A DNA stretch of 64,000 nt from Squalus acanthias. Its lineage: Eukaryota. The notes under the pieces are model-generated. The model saw only the letters and a list, made by a program, of their open reading frames with translations, was not told where the DNA came from and made no database searches. This document shows positions 62,750 to 64,000 of this stretch, piece by piece (position 1 is the stretch's first letter; each line of letters begins with the position of its first letter). The stretch covers positions 36,270,001 through 36,334,000 of the forward strand of contig CM059449.1 in assembly GCA_030390025.1 (NCBI GenBank). Reading direction: 5' to 3'. A program made the position numbers and the translations under genes.

Positions 62750-62855
62750 CTCTGTTTTTTCCTCCACATATAGATTAAAACTATAACGATAGCCAGCGAC
62801 ACCAGTACACACACGACAATCAGCCCCACATGCTTGACTTTCTCTACTTTTCCTT
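62750..62855 (-). CDS. Transmembrane exon of a second MHC class I-like gene (rest of gene expected beyond the window end; functional status unknown)
   Basis: Intact CAG and GTAAG sites; EGKVEKVKHVGLIVVCVLVSLAIVIVLIYMWRKKQR; 4 differences in 106 nt from 25762-25867. Confidence 0.8.
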
Positions 62856-63800
62856 CTGAAAAATATTGGCAAGGGTTGTATAATTATATGTGCGGATCGA
62901 CAGTTGTATATATAATCCGTGGAAATCTATGGCCCTGCTCATGGTAAGTAGGATGATGCGCTGTTTTATATGGACAGTATCCCTACACCATATAATGCAC
63001 AATGTATTATTTCATTAAGGTTTCTTTAAAGCCACAAACTTCACTTTTTGTGAATAAAGCACAGATTCTGGTCAAAGACAGGTGGTCAGGCTGTAAAGGT
63101 GACTGGGGGGTGGTGGAGGAAGAAGCAATGACTGTGAAGAATGAAGCATGGATTCTAGACTGATCGGGGCTGGGCCAGCGATAAGAATGTGCTGCTGGGA
63201 GGCCAGTGGAAAAGGGTTGTGGTCGTGGTGCTCAGCGAGGCAGGGGGAAAGCTAGCAGTCCTCTACCACGCAAACCCCCATGGATCGCTGTGTGAGGGGA
63301 GCCAGGTAGGAAAGTGGCAGAGGTCTGTGTCTGCGAGCCTGGTGAAAGGGGCAATATGAGGGGTAAGTAATGGCAGTTGAATAGATAATGCCACTGTGCC
63401 AGCTCCCAGGGCTGGGGGATCGAGCTTCTGACCGTCCCCGCAGCTCCGTGTGATGGGATGGGGCTCAAGGTGCAAAGTTTACATTTAATTCACACAGTTA
63501 AATGTTTGCCTTCTTTTACTTATCTACAGCAACATGGCTGCTGTCTCCAAAACCCAGACTGCTCCACAGTGCCACTCAGTGGTCAGAGTCTGTAACTGCT
63601 TACAGACTCCGTTTCTTTTATGCGAATTTTCAATGTCCTGCAAGAGCAGGTTTGTGGTATCGTTCAACAATAGGCGGCACCATATCATTTTCAATCTGTC
63701 ACCTAATGTAATGTTAGATTGGTGCAGCAGCTTCGGAATCTTAACCACAGTCACCATTTTCAAAATAGACAGATAGAAATCGCGAGATAGATAGATAGAG

Positions 63801-63994
63801 NNNNNNNNNNNNNNNNNNNNNNNNNNNNNNNNNNNNNNNNNNNNNNNNNNNNNNNNNNNNNNNNNNNNNNNNNNNNNNNNNNNNNNNNNNNNNNNNNNNN
63901 NNNNNNNNNNNNNNNNNNNNNNNNNNNNNNNNNNNNNNNNNNNNNNNNNNNNNNNNNNNNNNNNNNNNNNNNNNNNNNNNNNNNNNNNNNNNNN
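63801..63994. other. Assembly gap within a (GA)/(GATA) repeat
   Basis: Run of N. Confidence 1.
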
Positions 63995-64000
63995 AGAGAG

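Larger units (their letters stand above)
56739..63235 (-). repeat. Right arm of inverted segmental duplication
   Basis: Reverse complement of 25395-31670. Contains CR1 57300-58245 (+), CR1 60130-60840 (-), CR1 60870-62250 (+) and Deu-SINE 62255-62635 (+). Confidence 0.97.

Overview
Vertebrate genomic DNA, most likely a cartilaginous fish (shark). This is inferred from the CR1/L2 LINE families, a Deu-domain SINE, shark-type MHC class I exons and a shark-type GPR139-like receptor. Much of the window is decayed LINEs, SINEs, palindromic MITE-like elements and minisatellites, with four assembly gaps. Gene content: (1) a non-classical MHC class I-like pseudogene on + with a candidate promoter/leader at ~13.8-14.1 kb, alpha1 18395-18655, alpha2 22472-22735, alpha3 22963-23235 and TM 25762-25867; (2) an orphan, frameshifted paralogous alpha1 exon at 9838-10097; (3) a ~6.3-kb inverted segmental duplication (25395-31670 vs 56739-63235) carrying the TM exon of a second, oppositely oriented class I gene; (4) between the arms, an apparently intact two-exon GPR139-like class A GPCR on - (49106-49037 joined to 46712-45799, 327 aa) and an internally deleted paralogous GPCR pseudogene at ~32.1-32.4 kb; (5) an intronless, disabled MROH1-like retrocopy fused directly to an L2 fragment; (6) two duplicated CpG-rich promoter/first-exon modules, each next to a G-rich minisatellite. 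The most interesting signal is the interspersion of duplicating non-classical MHC I genes with an orphan GPR139-like receptor family. All identifications come from reading the sequence and recalling protein motifs; no database searches were run.
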